DNA of 64,000 nucleotides from Octopus sinensis. Its lineage: Eukaryota. Below the pieces are notes generated by a model. The model was not told where the DNA came from and did not search any database. It saw nothing but the letters and a program-made list of their open reading frames with translations. The position numbers and the translations under genes are program-made. Position 1 is the first letter of the stretch, and every line of letters begins with the position of its first letter. Positions 12,333 to 24,760 of this stretch are shown one piece after another. The stretch is taken from contig NC_042998.1 in assembly GCF_006345805.1 (NCBI RefSeq), positions 175,336,001-175,400,000 of the forward strand. Reading direction: 5' to 3'.

Positions 12333-14132
12333 AACTTTGTTACTTTAATACTTTACTGCTCCATACTTTAGAGTTTATCTTTTTTGGATATATGATAAAT
12401 TGACAACATATATATGTGTGTGTATATACATACATACACACACACACACACACATATATATTGTGCTGGTGGCACATAAAAAGCACCATCCGAACATGGC
12501 CGATGCCAGCGCCGCCTTGGCTGGCTTCCGTGCCGGTGGCACGTTAAAAGCACCAACCGATTGTGGCCGATGCCAGACTCCCCTGGCACGTAAAAAGCAC
12601 CCACTACACTCGCGGAGTGGTTGGTGTTAGGAAGGGCATCCAGCTGTAGAAACACTGCCAGATCAGACTGGAGCCTGGTTCAGCTCCTGGCTTCCCAGAC
12701 CCCAGTCGAACTGTCCAACCCGTGCTAGCGCGGAAAACGGACGTTAAACGATGATGATGATGATGATGATATACACATACATACATATATTCTATACACA
12801 TACATATGAATACATAAGCACATACACACATATTCAACACATACATACATGCGCGTGTGTGTGTGTAGTTCATTCTGAAAAGTGATTGGTGTTATGAAAA
12901 GCACCTACTTACATAAAATGCACATGTGTAATGAGGTTCTCTGGCTTGTCTAGGAAGGCTGTAATTTTGAATAAAAACTACTTCAGACAATGTCAACCTG
13001 TCCAACTCATACCAGCAAAGAATAAGGAATATGGACATAGAAATAATTATTTCTACTCTAGCCACAAAGCCTTGAGAATTTGGGGGGAAGGGAGCTAGTC
13101 GATTATATTGACCCCAGTATGTAACTGGTACTTATTTTATCGACCCTAAAAGGATGAAAGGCAAAATCGACCTCAGTGGAATTTGAACTCAGAACATCAA
13201 GACAGATGAAATACCGCTAAGCATTTCGCCCAGTGTGCTAATGATTCTGCCAGCTTGCTGCCTTATGGACATGCAAATAATGATGATGATTATGATGATG
13301 CATGCACACACATGCACACACTCACACACACACACACACGCACATCACTATTTAAAATCTGCTTCCCTTACTGGCATGGGTTGGACAGGTCATTACAATT
13401 TGAGTTAGTTCTTGTTTGGAGTTACTGCCATCCTAACTGGCTTGGAAACTACAGCTCACTCATACATTTCAGTTGTGACTTCGTTTCTACAACTGGATGT
13501 TCTTCATAACATTCACCATTTTACAGAGTGCACTTGGTGCATTTTATCATAGCACAAGCACTAGAAAGATTATCATGTTCTCAACAAATCTATGGGACTC
13601 CTTCAACCCATAAATCTTGAAATGCTGTATTATGTTGCATACTAATATTATTTGCTTCATCTATCCCTAGTTTAATGTAAGTCTTATACAATTATTTAAA
13701 TGAATGTCATTTGTTACTCTTTACTCTTTACTCTTTTACTTGTTTCAGTCATTTGACTGTGGCCATGCTGAAGCACCGCCTTTAGTCGAGCAAATCGACC
13801 CCAGGACTTATTCTTTGTACGACGGGCTTCCTTCAGTTTCTGTTTACCAAATCCACTTGGTTAGCCCGAGGCTATAGTAGAAGACACTTGCCTAAGGTGT
13901 CACGCAGTGGGAATGAACCCGGAACCATGTGGTTGGTAAGCAAGCTACTTATCACACAGCCACTCCTGCATTCAATTGCTTTATATATAAACTTTCACCA
14001 GTCACTGAGGCAACCAGAATTATTCCTAAAATGAATGGCTGTACTCTTTGATACTTGTGGGGGAAAATACCTCACATTATATCAATTGATTTGACAGTTA
14101 ACAAATATTTTGAATTTTTAACTGGTCAAATA

Positions 14133-14585
14133 ATCATCATCATCATCATCATCATCATCGTTTAACGTCCGTTCTCCATGCTAGCATGGGTTGGACGGTT
14201 CGACCGGGGATCTGGGAAGCCAGAAGGCTGCATCAGGCTCCGGTCTTATCTGGCAATGTTTCTACAGCTGGATGCCCTTCCTAACGCCAACCACTCCGTG
14301 AGTGTAGTGGGTGCTTTTTACGTGCCACCTGCACTGGTGCCAGGCGAGGCTGGCATCGGCCACGGTCGGATTGGTGCATTTTACGTGCCACTGGCATGGA
14401 AGCCAGTCGAGGTGGCACTGGCTTCAGCCACGATTCGGATGGTGCTTTTTACGTGCCACCGACACGGAAGCAAGTCGAGGCGGCGCTGGCATCAGCCACG
14501 ATTCAGATAGTGCTTTTTACGTATCTCCAGTCCAGGGGTCCTGGCATCTGCCAGGTGCCAGTCATAGGATTGGTTCAATTTAGAT
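14133..14585 (-). mobile_element. SINE family B with (GAT)n tail and internal ~55-65 bp tandem units. Other copies: 30462-30895 (-), 19180-19560 (-), 12465-12770 (+), and shorter ones near 4640, 9010, 21230, 28660, 31010, 45460, 46960, 60650
   Basis: Shared GGTTGGCGTTAGGAAGGGCATCCAGC and CCAACCCATGCTAGCATGG..TAAACGATGATGATG. Confidence 0.9.
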
Positions 14586-15474
14586 TCCGATATTTCAAGC
14601 AAAACCAGAGTAACAACATTGTGATCAGATTCATGTGTAGTTTGTTGGATGTAACTTAACACTTTCAAGTACACTGCTTTTATTTTCATGGTTTAATTCA
14701 GTGATATACTGATATATTGACATCCTATTTATACACTATATCTAATTTCAAGTTTTTCCACTTTACTACTGTGACTTTGTTTGAAATTAGAACGCACTAT
14801 TTCTAACTTTTTTCAACATTCCTCATGATCAGGTACAGCTGATTTATGCAGGCTTGTTAGTAAACGTTTACAACACTTGCACACTGGATTGTTATTCTTT
14901 CAAATAAACCACTTGAACTGACTTTCCCAATCTTTGTTACTCTCTCTGCTGGTATGTATGTATGTGTGTGCATTTGTGTGTATGTGAATGTATGTGTGAA
15001 TATAAGTAAAATTACTTAAGACTGTGTGTCATGCTGGAGTGACGTTTCTGTTATTTCAGATAAAGTTTTACTTCTGGGAGAAAGAAATCATAATTGAAGA
15101 CAACCCGAATAAAAGACCTGTAATTCGTGGGGGGGGGGGGACTTGATACCTATTTCTTTACTACCCACAAGGGGCTAAACACAGAGAGGACAAACAAACA
15201 GATTAAGTTGATTATATCGACCCCAGTGTGTAACTGGTACTTAATTTATCGACCCCGAAAAGATGAAAGGCAAAGTCGATCTCGACAGAATTTGAACTCA
15301 GAACGTAACAGCAGACGAAATACCGCTAAGCATTTCGCCCCGTCAAATGGAAACACTTCAGTTCTGACAACCTTCTTGACGACCTTCTTAATACTGATGG
15401 CATGATAAAACGAATCCAGTCTAAGCTGTAAAGTGACTGATATTGGGAAGGATGTCCGGCTAATAAAACCATAC

Positions 15475-15720
15475 TAAAATCATGGTAGTCAAAAATAAAA
15501 TAAGTTGTTTTTGCATTTGGTTTGCAAGATTCTCAATGTGAACTTGTGTGTTGAAATGAATTTTGTTATAGGGAAGATCATTACACCAATAATAATAAAC
15601 ACACCAGTGTGTGTGTTCCTTATTATTGGCATAATGACCTTCCCTAGATACGATAAAAATAAAATGTAAAACCATAATTGCACAAATAGACTTGACACCA
15701 TATTAGTATTGCACAAAGAG
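15475..15720 (-). mobile_element. LINE RT relic; homologous copy on + strand at ~29870-29960
   Basis: Both copies encode FNTQ.HI.NLANQ.QK, typical of the post-YADD LINE RT segment; about 75% nucleotide match by eye. Confidence 0.6.
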
Positions 15721-18218
15721 TTAGAAAACTTACATGTGGTTACTCAACCTCATCAAAAAAGAAAAAAACACCCTTAAATTACACCCTACTGATTAATAAA
15801 ACAAAAAAACAAAACAAAAGACAGAGGATAATCTAGTTCTGTGAATACAATACTTGAAAAAAGAAAGACAGGGATAGTCATGGCAGGAATGTTTTTGATC
15901 ATTCAGGGCTCAGCTAGGACTAAACAACAACAGAACCATTAAAATTGACAATATTGCCAAGTTGAAATTCTCCAGTATGATTATAGAAGCCACTTGACCT
16001 CAGACCAAGCCTGTCTTACTTAACCAGGCTCAACTCTGGATTTTAATTCTGCTTGTAATTGTTAGCTGAATTCATCATGTACATGAATCCATGTTCTTTG
16101 TTTATCTACTTATTCCCTTGGTGGTTTTGGATAAGATGAAAATTATATAAACGAATCCTTCAAATTTAACTAAATTCTATATTTTTATGCAGCTGAAGAT
16201 TGCTCTGCATTTTAAATTGATGTAATGTTTGCATTGTTCAATTAACTGGAGTCACATGAAACGATCGTACCGCATTACCACTGGATATCCTTGTTGCTTT
16301 TTTGATGATATGTATCCATTCCTAGGTAGACAACATCCTTGATCAAGGGAATAGCCACTTTGTGAGCATGTACGTGTGTGTGTTTGTGTGTACTCGTCTT
16401 GAAATCATGATTGTAAATGAGTATCGTCATAAAATTGATGTTCATTTCCAGTCTTCTGTGAAAATTGTGTCTGACCACGGGGAAATATTACCTTGCTTGG
16501 AAACAGGTGAGGGTTGGTGACAAAAATGGTGTCTGGCAGTAAAAAAAATACAGTGCTGTTGTTCTTTATCCCAAGTTCAACTCTGAGCAAACCCTTAATC
16601 AAAAGCATTCCAGTTATGACCATCCTCTCTTTTTCTCTAGGGTTGCATTAGCAAATGCATCCTTCTCTTTTTTTCTCTAATGGTAAGGTGCAATATGAAG
16701 GAGATTTAGCTGCTATTTCTAGCTAGTTAAACCACTTTGTAGAGGATTCCTTACTAATGGTGTAGCTAGGTACTAAAACAGGATCTAATCAAACAATAAA
16801 AGCCATATGTTTAATTGACAAAACACCATGTTTTTTATATATAGTACATAAAACATGAAATGAATAGACATTATGTTGATGTGTATTTATAACACTTAGT
16901 CTATTATAATCATTATTTTGGCTCATGGCTATGGCACCATTAAAATTCTAGTGAACCCAGTGACTACCTACCTTCTTCTTTCTGCTCCCTCTTCATTGGT
17001 TATGTGAATGAGTCAACTGAAGAACTTTCTCAAGTCTAATCACTCAAAATAATGTGTAATCTATGTAATTCCTGTTGCCAGCATGTTTGAGATATTTTCA
17101 GAAAAAACAACTGACATTGATAAAAATAACTTCCAGTTGTGATGTTAAATAGAAGAAAATGAAAAGGAAGAAACCTATGGACACATGTCTTTTTTCCACA
17201 AATAGATGTCTGATTATAAAGATTATAAATAGATATAAAAGTATGGATAAACAGTAACATTTATTGTAAACATACGCAAACAGGAGTGGCTGTGTGGTAA
17301 GTAGCTTGCCTACCAACCACATGGTTCTGGGTTCAGTCCCACTGTGTGACATCTTGGGCAAGTGTCTTCTGCTATAGCCCCGGGCCGACCAATGCCTTGT
17401 GAGTGGATTTGGTAGATGGAAACTGAAAGAAGCCCGTCGTATATATGTATATATATATATATATATGCGTATGTGTGTTTGTGTATCTGTGTTGTGTATC
17501 TGTGTTTGTCCCTCTAGCATTGCTTGACAACCGATGCTGGTGTATTTACGTCCCCGTCACTTAGCGGTTCGGCAAAAGAGACTGATAGAATAAGTACTGG
17601 GCTTACAAAGAATAAGTCCTGGGGTCGATTAGCTCGGCTAAAGGCGGTGCTCCAGCATGGCCGCAGTCAAATGACTGAAACAAGTAAAAGAGAAAGAGAA
17701 AAGAAAAAAGAGAAACAACATACATACACACATCTAGATATCAGAAAACAACCCTTTGCCTTCGACATCATTGCCAACATGATTGTATTTTCTTTCCTTT
17801 CAGTTGTTCATTTTATACTTGGGTGCAAGACCACAATTTTACACAGATGTAGATAGTGGAGAGGTTCATGCATTTTCCAAGGGTATTAGCCATATAAGTA
17901 AAGAGAGATAGTTTTAGTTGAGAAACAAAAACATGATTCCTGAACTTGGTCCACGGAGATATTATACCATCATATATTCTTTTATTGATAAATGCTTGTG
18001 ATAATATTTTTCCAAAACAAATGACGTAATTTGGCAGAAATGAAATGTGTCAGACGAAATCCATACAGTATTTAATTTTGTCCTTCAACATTCAGTGTTT
18101 AATCATATCTGGGTCAACTTTACCCTTCATCCCTCAGGAGCTCTACATGCATCATTCTGAAGTTGATTTATTTTTCTATAGCACAATGCCTAACAAAAAT
18201 CATTCATTCATTCACTCT

Positions 18219-18245
18219 CACACACACACACACACACACACACAC

Positions 18246-18301
<56 letters not shown>

Positions 18302-18312
18302 TACATACATAC
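18219..18312. repeat. (CA)n/(TACA)n microsatellite
   Basis: Directly visible. Confidence 0.95.
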
Positions 18313-20080
18313 ATGGTGGCTGCCCCCTCGTTATCGAGTATGGCCATTGCACGAAGCTTAATCAATGTTGTTATTGTGCAATGCCTGTGCAAGAAGATTT
18401 TTTTTTAAAGTGAGGAAAGGCTGTGCACTGAGTCAATCCCACTCACTAAGCAACAGCAGCCATAATCCAAAAAGAAGAACAAGTCAACATCATCAGTAAG
18501 CACTGAGCTGCAGGTTCTATGTCAGAGTTATCCCAGTTATCTGAGTTACCTTCTCCTAGAAGGATGCCCTAACAAAGGCTAGGAGTCCTTCACTCCCAGT
18601 GGTTTAACCGCGCAATCGGGTATTCAGTCCGATTATTTCTATGTCCCCGTGCATGATACAGCCTTAAGACATTTATTGGATGGCCGTTGACTCTCAAGGG
18701 TTCCTCCGCCCTTTGACGGGTTTTGTTTTTCATCCTGCATGGTGTCCAATAAACACCCTCCTCACCAAGCAAGCTTGGTGGGGTTGCCAGTTTAGTTGCC
18801 GACGACCCGACCATGCAACATGTTGTACTGGGTTACATGTTACCAGTAGCACTCGAAAATAACCTGACATTACATACATACATACATACATATATACATA
18901 CATATATGCATGCATGCAAGTAATGTTTATCACCACTTGAACATGGCTGTTCTGCAGGAACTGATGTTACTACCATTTTAACCCCAGGAGGATGCCTTCT
19001 CTAACTGGTTATTTGATGCAATCTGCACCCAATATATATTACAAGCAAGGGAGCGAACCCCTGCCATCTTCCAGTGACAGGACCACCAGACTGTATGGTC
19101 TTGAACTATTTATGCTCATCTTCAGTGGTGGACACTTGTCCGCTAGAGATACCAGTAACTCTCTCCAGCTTGCAATCATCATCATTGTCGTCGTCATTTA
19201 GCATCCGCTTTCCATGCTAGCATGGGTTGGACGGTTCAACAGGGGTCTGGGAGGCCAGAAGGCTGCACCAGGCCCAGTCTGATCTGGCAATGTTCTATGG
19301 CTGGATGCCCTTCCTAACGCCAATTACTCCGTGCTTTTACGTGCCACCCGCACAGGTGCCAGACGATGCTGGCAAACAGCCACGATCGGATGGTGCTTTT
19401 TACGTGCCACCGGCACGGGGACCAGGTGAGGCTGGCAACGGCCATGATCGGATGGTGCTTTTTACATGCCACCGGCACGAGGCCAGTCGGGCGGCACTGG
19501 CAATGGCCACGTTTGGATGGTTCTCTTACGTACCACCGGCACTGGTATCACAGCTGCAATTTACATTAATGTTGATCGATTTCGATTTTGAGAAAATAAT
19601 TAACAACCAGTCATTGATCTTGCACCAAGCAAATTAGCTAGTTAGAAAAACACTATAAGAGATGAAAACAGTAACTATACTGAAAAGTAATGTTTATCAT
19701 CACTTCAACACAGCTCTCCTGTAGGAACTGACATTACTACTATTTTAACCCCAGGAGGATACCTCTTCTAGCTGGTCATTTGATGCAATCTGCACCTGAT
19801 ATATATTGCAAGCAGGAGAGAAAACCCCTACCATCTCCCAGCGACAGGGCCACCAGCCTGTATGGTTTTGAGGTATTTGTGCTCATCCCCATCCCAGCTA
19901 ATTTCCTTGTTGCGAGATCAGTGATTTCTCAGTATAGTTACTGCTTTCATCTCTTATAGAGATTTTCTAACTTGCTAATTTGGTTATATATATATATAAT
20001 ATGAGGGAATATTATTCCAAACTTACAGGGAAAAATTCAATTTAGAAATACTAAATCAAATTTCACAAAATATAAGATAT

Positions 20081-20130
<50 letters not shown>

Positions 20131-20359
20131 AGAGTTTACAAAAAAACCAAAGGACGAAAACAGGTGGTGTATAAATCCAAAGAATAGAACAAGAACACAA
20201 GAGACGACAATAAAACATCCGGATGAGGAGGCTGCGAATGACCCATCCTTGTTTTTTCCTGTCCATTTTGTTGTTGTTTTTCCTGACCATCTTTGTATCA
20301 TCTATCTGGATGTTTTATTGTGATCTGTTGCATTCTTGTTCCATTTTTTAAAAATTTAT

Positions 20360-21115
20360 ATATACATATAGCAGTCTACGTACACTTTTTTATCCGGCCA
20401 TCCTTCTCACCAATTGAAGTGCCGTTACCGTTGTCCAACAGTTGCTTTGAAAAAGTTCTGTCTGCAGTTTCATGTTGGTTGTGAGTCTCAGCTTTTGCAC
20501 ACTGCTCCATAGGTAGGACAACTTAATGCTGGAATTTACCTCATCAGCTCTTGTCACAATTGGAACCACAGGAAGGGTTTGTCTAAAGTCTCCTGCAAGC
20601 AAGACTGTGGCATCTCCTATAAGCCTAATGTTGTGTCTCAGATCCTGAAGGGCCAATTCAAGAGCTTCAAAGGAAACCTTATGGCTCATTGTCGCCTCAT
20701 CCCAGATGATCAACCTGCATTCACCCAAAAGTTTGCCTTTTATAGAACCACGACTGATGTTGCAATTTGCCTTCTCTTTCTTGGACAGGTCCAAAGGGAG
20801 TTTGAAACAAGAATGAGCTGTGTGGCCACCAGTTAGCAGAGTTGCAGCTATTCCACTTGACACTATTGCTATGGCAATGTGTTTCATTTGGCGCAGTTTA
20901 GCCAGAAGAAGGTTGATGACAAATGTTTTGCCAGTTCCACCTGGAGCATCCAGAAAGAAAAGGCATCCTCTTTCATTTTCAATGCTTGAAATAATGGTCT
21001 TATAAACACCCAGTTGGTCCTCCATCAGTTTATGTTCATTATCAGCTATCTACATTGTCATTTCTTCGATGTCATAGCTGATTTTTTGCAGGTACTGAAT
21101 TGCAAGATTTTTTGC
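20360..21115 (-). pseudogene. Helitron PIF1-family helicase fragment
   Basis: ORF 20390-21025: FLDAPGGTGKTF (Walker A), SSGIAATLL.GG.TAHS.FKLP, IIWDE (Walker B), LAGDFRQTLPVV, L.L.TNM. An in-frame stop lies just upstream and the C-terminal motifs are missing. Confidence 0.93.
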
Positions 21116-22582
21116 TGTCTGCTTCCATCGGAAGCAATGACTTAGACCTTTGTCATTATGTTGTGCTGAGAAGACCCTTCAAGCCGAACAGAATCACAGT
21201 CATGGCAGATACCGGTGTCACACAAATCAGCACCTGCGCCAGTGACATGTTAAGGCATTCCAGTGTCATGCAAATGGCACCTGTGCCAGTGACATGTAAA
21301 AGCATCCATTACATTCTTGAAGTGGTTGGCATTAGAAAGGGCATCCAGCTATAGAAAACCATGCCAAATCAGACTGGTGTCTGGTGCAGTCAAGCTGTCT
21401 AACTCGTGCCAGTATGGACTACGGACATTAAATGATGATGATGATGATACATACATGGAGACATACAGACACATGTACCTTTTACATAATTCTCTGAGAA
21501 AATTATGATAACAGTGAGTGACAAGGCTGTGCAGTTTGAGTTACAGGTACAATCATGTACCTTCAAATGTAGCTATATACAGTTTCTGTCTAGCCAGTTT
21601 CATTCACAAGGTAAGAGTGAAACCAAGTATATAGAGAATAACACTTGCTCTCATGACTGCCAAACCGATTTCCTAACCACTAAACCATACTGCACCTACA
21701 TATACATATATATATATATATAAATACCCACTCGCCCCTCTCCACCACCAACCTCTCTCTCTCACACACACCACATCCTGTGAAAACACATACTGGAGTA
21801 CTAATACCTGGCAATATTCAGCTGCTGTTACTCTGAAGTAACACCTGGAAGATATTTGCAAAGCATACTACAAAGAAACAAGGCATCTTAAGCAACCCAG
21901 GTTGGTAATAAAATTAAAAGAAAGAATAAAGAATTTACAATATAGAATAGGGCAATGAAATGCCGTTGCAAAGAGTGGAGCAAAGTTCACAAGACCAGTA
22001 CAGACAGCCTGTGAGTGTTGTGTTATTTATATCATTCTGTTCATCACCCAAGTGCACAAAAGTGACTTGAATAACATTGTGTGGGCCATGGGTCAGTTGT
22101 GAACTCTTTAAGAAATACTGACTTCTTGATGACTTTCCATATGAACCCTGAATTGCAGGACTAGCATTTCTTCAGCAAAGACTTGGAAGAGGAACACTCT
22201 GGATTACCATGAAAAGATTATGCATGAGTATGTTTCCCTTAAATTTGAAAAGGATGATATTAATAAAATGAAATGTAGCAGCTCTTGGACTTGTGATATC
22301 AGATCACATCTTAATTCATGATCAAGAGATAGATATGAAATATTTAACAAACAAACAGGACAGTGAAGCCCTTGAATGCCCAAGATGTAACCACAAATGT
22401 TAATTATATCACTGTTCTGTAGAGTACATAACACATGTAATCAGCAGCTGCTCAAAATATCATTGAGGTACTACCTCTCTCTGCATCATGATGTTGTTAT
22501 TAAAACAGTATGTGTTGCCATCCTCAAAAAAGACTGTCGTGGGATAAATATAAACAACACCTTTGTTATGGAATACATACAT

Positions 22583-22980
22583 AGGCGCAGGAGTGGCTGT
22601 GTGGTAAGTAGCTTGCTAACCAACCACATGGTTCCGGGTTCAGTCCCACTGCATGGCATCTTGGGCAAGTGTCTTCTGCTATAGCCCCGGGCCGACCAAT
22701 GCCTTGTGAGTGGATTTGGTAGATGGAAACTGAAAGAAGCCTGTCGTATATATGTATATATATATATATGTGTGTGTGTTTGTGTGTCTGCGTTTGTCCC
22801 CCTAGCATTGCTTGACAATCGATGCTGGTGTATTTACGTCCCCGTCACTTAGCGGTTCGGCAAAAGAGACCGATAGAATAAGTACTGGGCTTACAAAGAA
22901 TAAGTCCCGGGGTCGATTTGCTCGACTAAAGGCGGTGCTCCAGCATGGCCGCAGTCAAATGACTGAAACAAGTAAAAGAG
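22583..22980 (+). mobile_element. tRNA-derived SINE family A, full-length. Other copies: 17281-17700 (+), 39649-40052 (-), 13712-13970 (-, deleted), ~790-1160 (+), ~36450-36600 (+), ~41310-41490 (+), ~46150-46340 (-)
   Basis: A-box-like TGGCTGTGTGG, B-box-like GGTTCAGTCCC, internal (TA)/(TG) tract, 3' GACTGAAACAAGTAAAAGAG; near-identical dispersed copies. Confidence 0.92.
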
Positions 22981-23857
22981 TATATCAACACAAAGAATGT
23001 TGGTAGATGATTTCCATCAAAACAAGAGTTCTACATAAAAAAAATTAAAAAATAAAACCTCGATTTCATTTCAGTTGTTGTCAGCCCCTTAACAATTCAA
23101 ATACTAGTTACGTACACTTAAAATATATTTAGTTACTAGGTCTGGGAGGATGTGTTACTAAAATAGTCCCTGCTCCTTTGATCTGGTTGGTCCCTTACCA
23201 TCTCCATACAGGCACGTCTAACTCATTTGTCTCTCCTCTTCTCATCATCCATGTATTTACAAAACTTCTTTTTATTTGATAAATCTGAAGGTAGAGGCAG
23301 TAGCCATAACCAGTGTAGGCCTTCTAAGACCAGTGAGATTGATGCTGTTTATGCAATATTTAAGCTGTTGTGTTGCAAGGAAGGATGTGAACAGGGAGGA
23401 GTTCCAGAGGCATGGTTTCCGAAGAGAACAGACATTTTTGCAATAGCCGTGATAAAAGCTGCAGATCATCAGATAGGCTAAAACTTCCATCATAAGTATG
23501 TGTGTTGTGTTGTGTTGTGTTGTGTGCGCGTGTGTGCATGTGTGTGTGTATATGTGTGAGTGTGTGCGTGTGGTTCCTAAATCACAGTCTCAATGAGTGA
23601 TCTGGGAGAGAGAGGGGTGGTAGCTAGGAGTATAGAAAGGTAAAGTCAAGAGAGAGAGGGGGAGAGAGAGAGAGAGAGATATATCAATGATGAAGTGACC
23701 AGGGAGAAGGGTTGTTTATATTATTAAAACAAAAATGAACTATGAGAAATGATTTGGTGAATTTGAACAGCAAAGATGAAGAAAAGTATACTAAATACCA
23801 TACAAGATAAATTCTTAATATATCTTCACTTCAAGAGAAGATATACAGCACAGCTCC

Positions 23858-24149
23858 CATGACTTTCGGAAACATTTTTTCACGCTAAAATTTGCTGAAG
23901 TATGGAACAAACTGCCGGTATCAGTTGTTAGTTGTCGGAGCACTGCATCCTTCAAAACCTCCATGCTTCCTGAGATTCGCCAACACTACACCTGATTTTC
24001 TTCCCTCCATACACACGCAAGCATGTATCTGACTCATACACTGTTCACTTCCCAGACATTTGTACATTACTGCTTATGCTTTATACACACCTTTGATAAG
24101 TTGTGGTGCACCTGAGCACTGTATACAATAATTTCATTATTATTATTAT
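23858..24149 (+). mobile_element. CR1-type LINE 3' end with (ATT)n tail; a second shorter copy at 26935-27040
   Basis: HDFRKHFFTL..WNKLP..FKTSMLPEIRQHYT-stop; identical GTTGTGGTGCACCTGAGCACTGTATACAATAATTTCATTA in both copies. Confidence 0.85.
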
Positions 24150-24760
24150 ATACAAATACCTTGTTGCAATTATATCAAAATCTGAATGAGAAGCATGGAT
24201 ATAATCTCAAGGAATCAACAATTTTCCAGAATTAATGTGCCATGCCCAAAAAAGAAAAGACAGTCTGTTGCTTTTTTTTTCTTTTTTTCTGGAGACAAGA
24301 GAACAGTTGTGAACATGTTTCTGTGTCAATAGACTTCATTAGCAGAGCAAACCTCCTCTCTTGACTCTAGCTAGACATAAAACTTACTGAAAACCTCTGT
24401 TCCCTATAGAGCATAGGCCATCAATTATTTCTCCACTGTTCTCAACTCAGAGCTGTCTTTCGCTAAAGGAGGGGTCTGGTGCATGAACATGGACACTAAA
24501 GGCATAGAAAAAATTATATTTTGATTCATTGAAATTATTTCCACTTTGAGGAAGTGTAAACAAATGCTTAGCAGTAATTGCACCAGACTCTGAATGAGAA
24601 GGAGAGATAATCTCAAAGCCTCGAAAATTCTCCAGCCAAATTTCCAGGTAAGAGAAACAGAACAAGTGAGGTGTATCAGATTATGTCACTGGTGAGAGAG
24701 AGAGAGAGAGAGTAGCAGCAGTTACGCTTGCTGATGAAAGAGAGAAAGAAAGAGAATGTA

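Noticed and set aside
14300-14525. CRISPR-like repeat/spacer appearance (also 19330-19545 and 30620-30840)
   Set aside because: The units are internal to a dispersed eukaryotic SINE, the spacers are related to one another, and there are no cas genes.
15475-15643. Apparently perfect 169-nt - strand exon (EGHYANNKEHTHWC...LTTMIL) with good acceptor and donor
   Set aside because: A homologous copy lies on the opposite strand at ~29870-29960 with a stop, and both read as a LINE RT segment (FNTQ.HI.NLANQ). It is a repeat relic, not a host exon.
16972-17209. Strong donor (GAAG|gtaggt) and acceptor (aatcag|) on the - strand
   Set aside because: All three frames contain stops between them.
22583-22660. 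tRNA gene suggested by A/B boxes
   Set aside because: It is the tRNA-derived head of SINE A, with no cloverleaf and continuing into the SINE body.
24389-24665. - strand GTAAGT donor and + strand CCAG|gtaaga donor in non-repetitive-looking DNA
   Set aside because: No open frame links to a credible acceptor on either strand.
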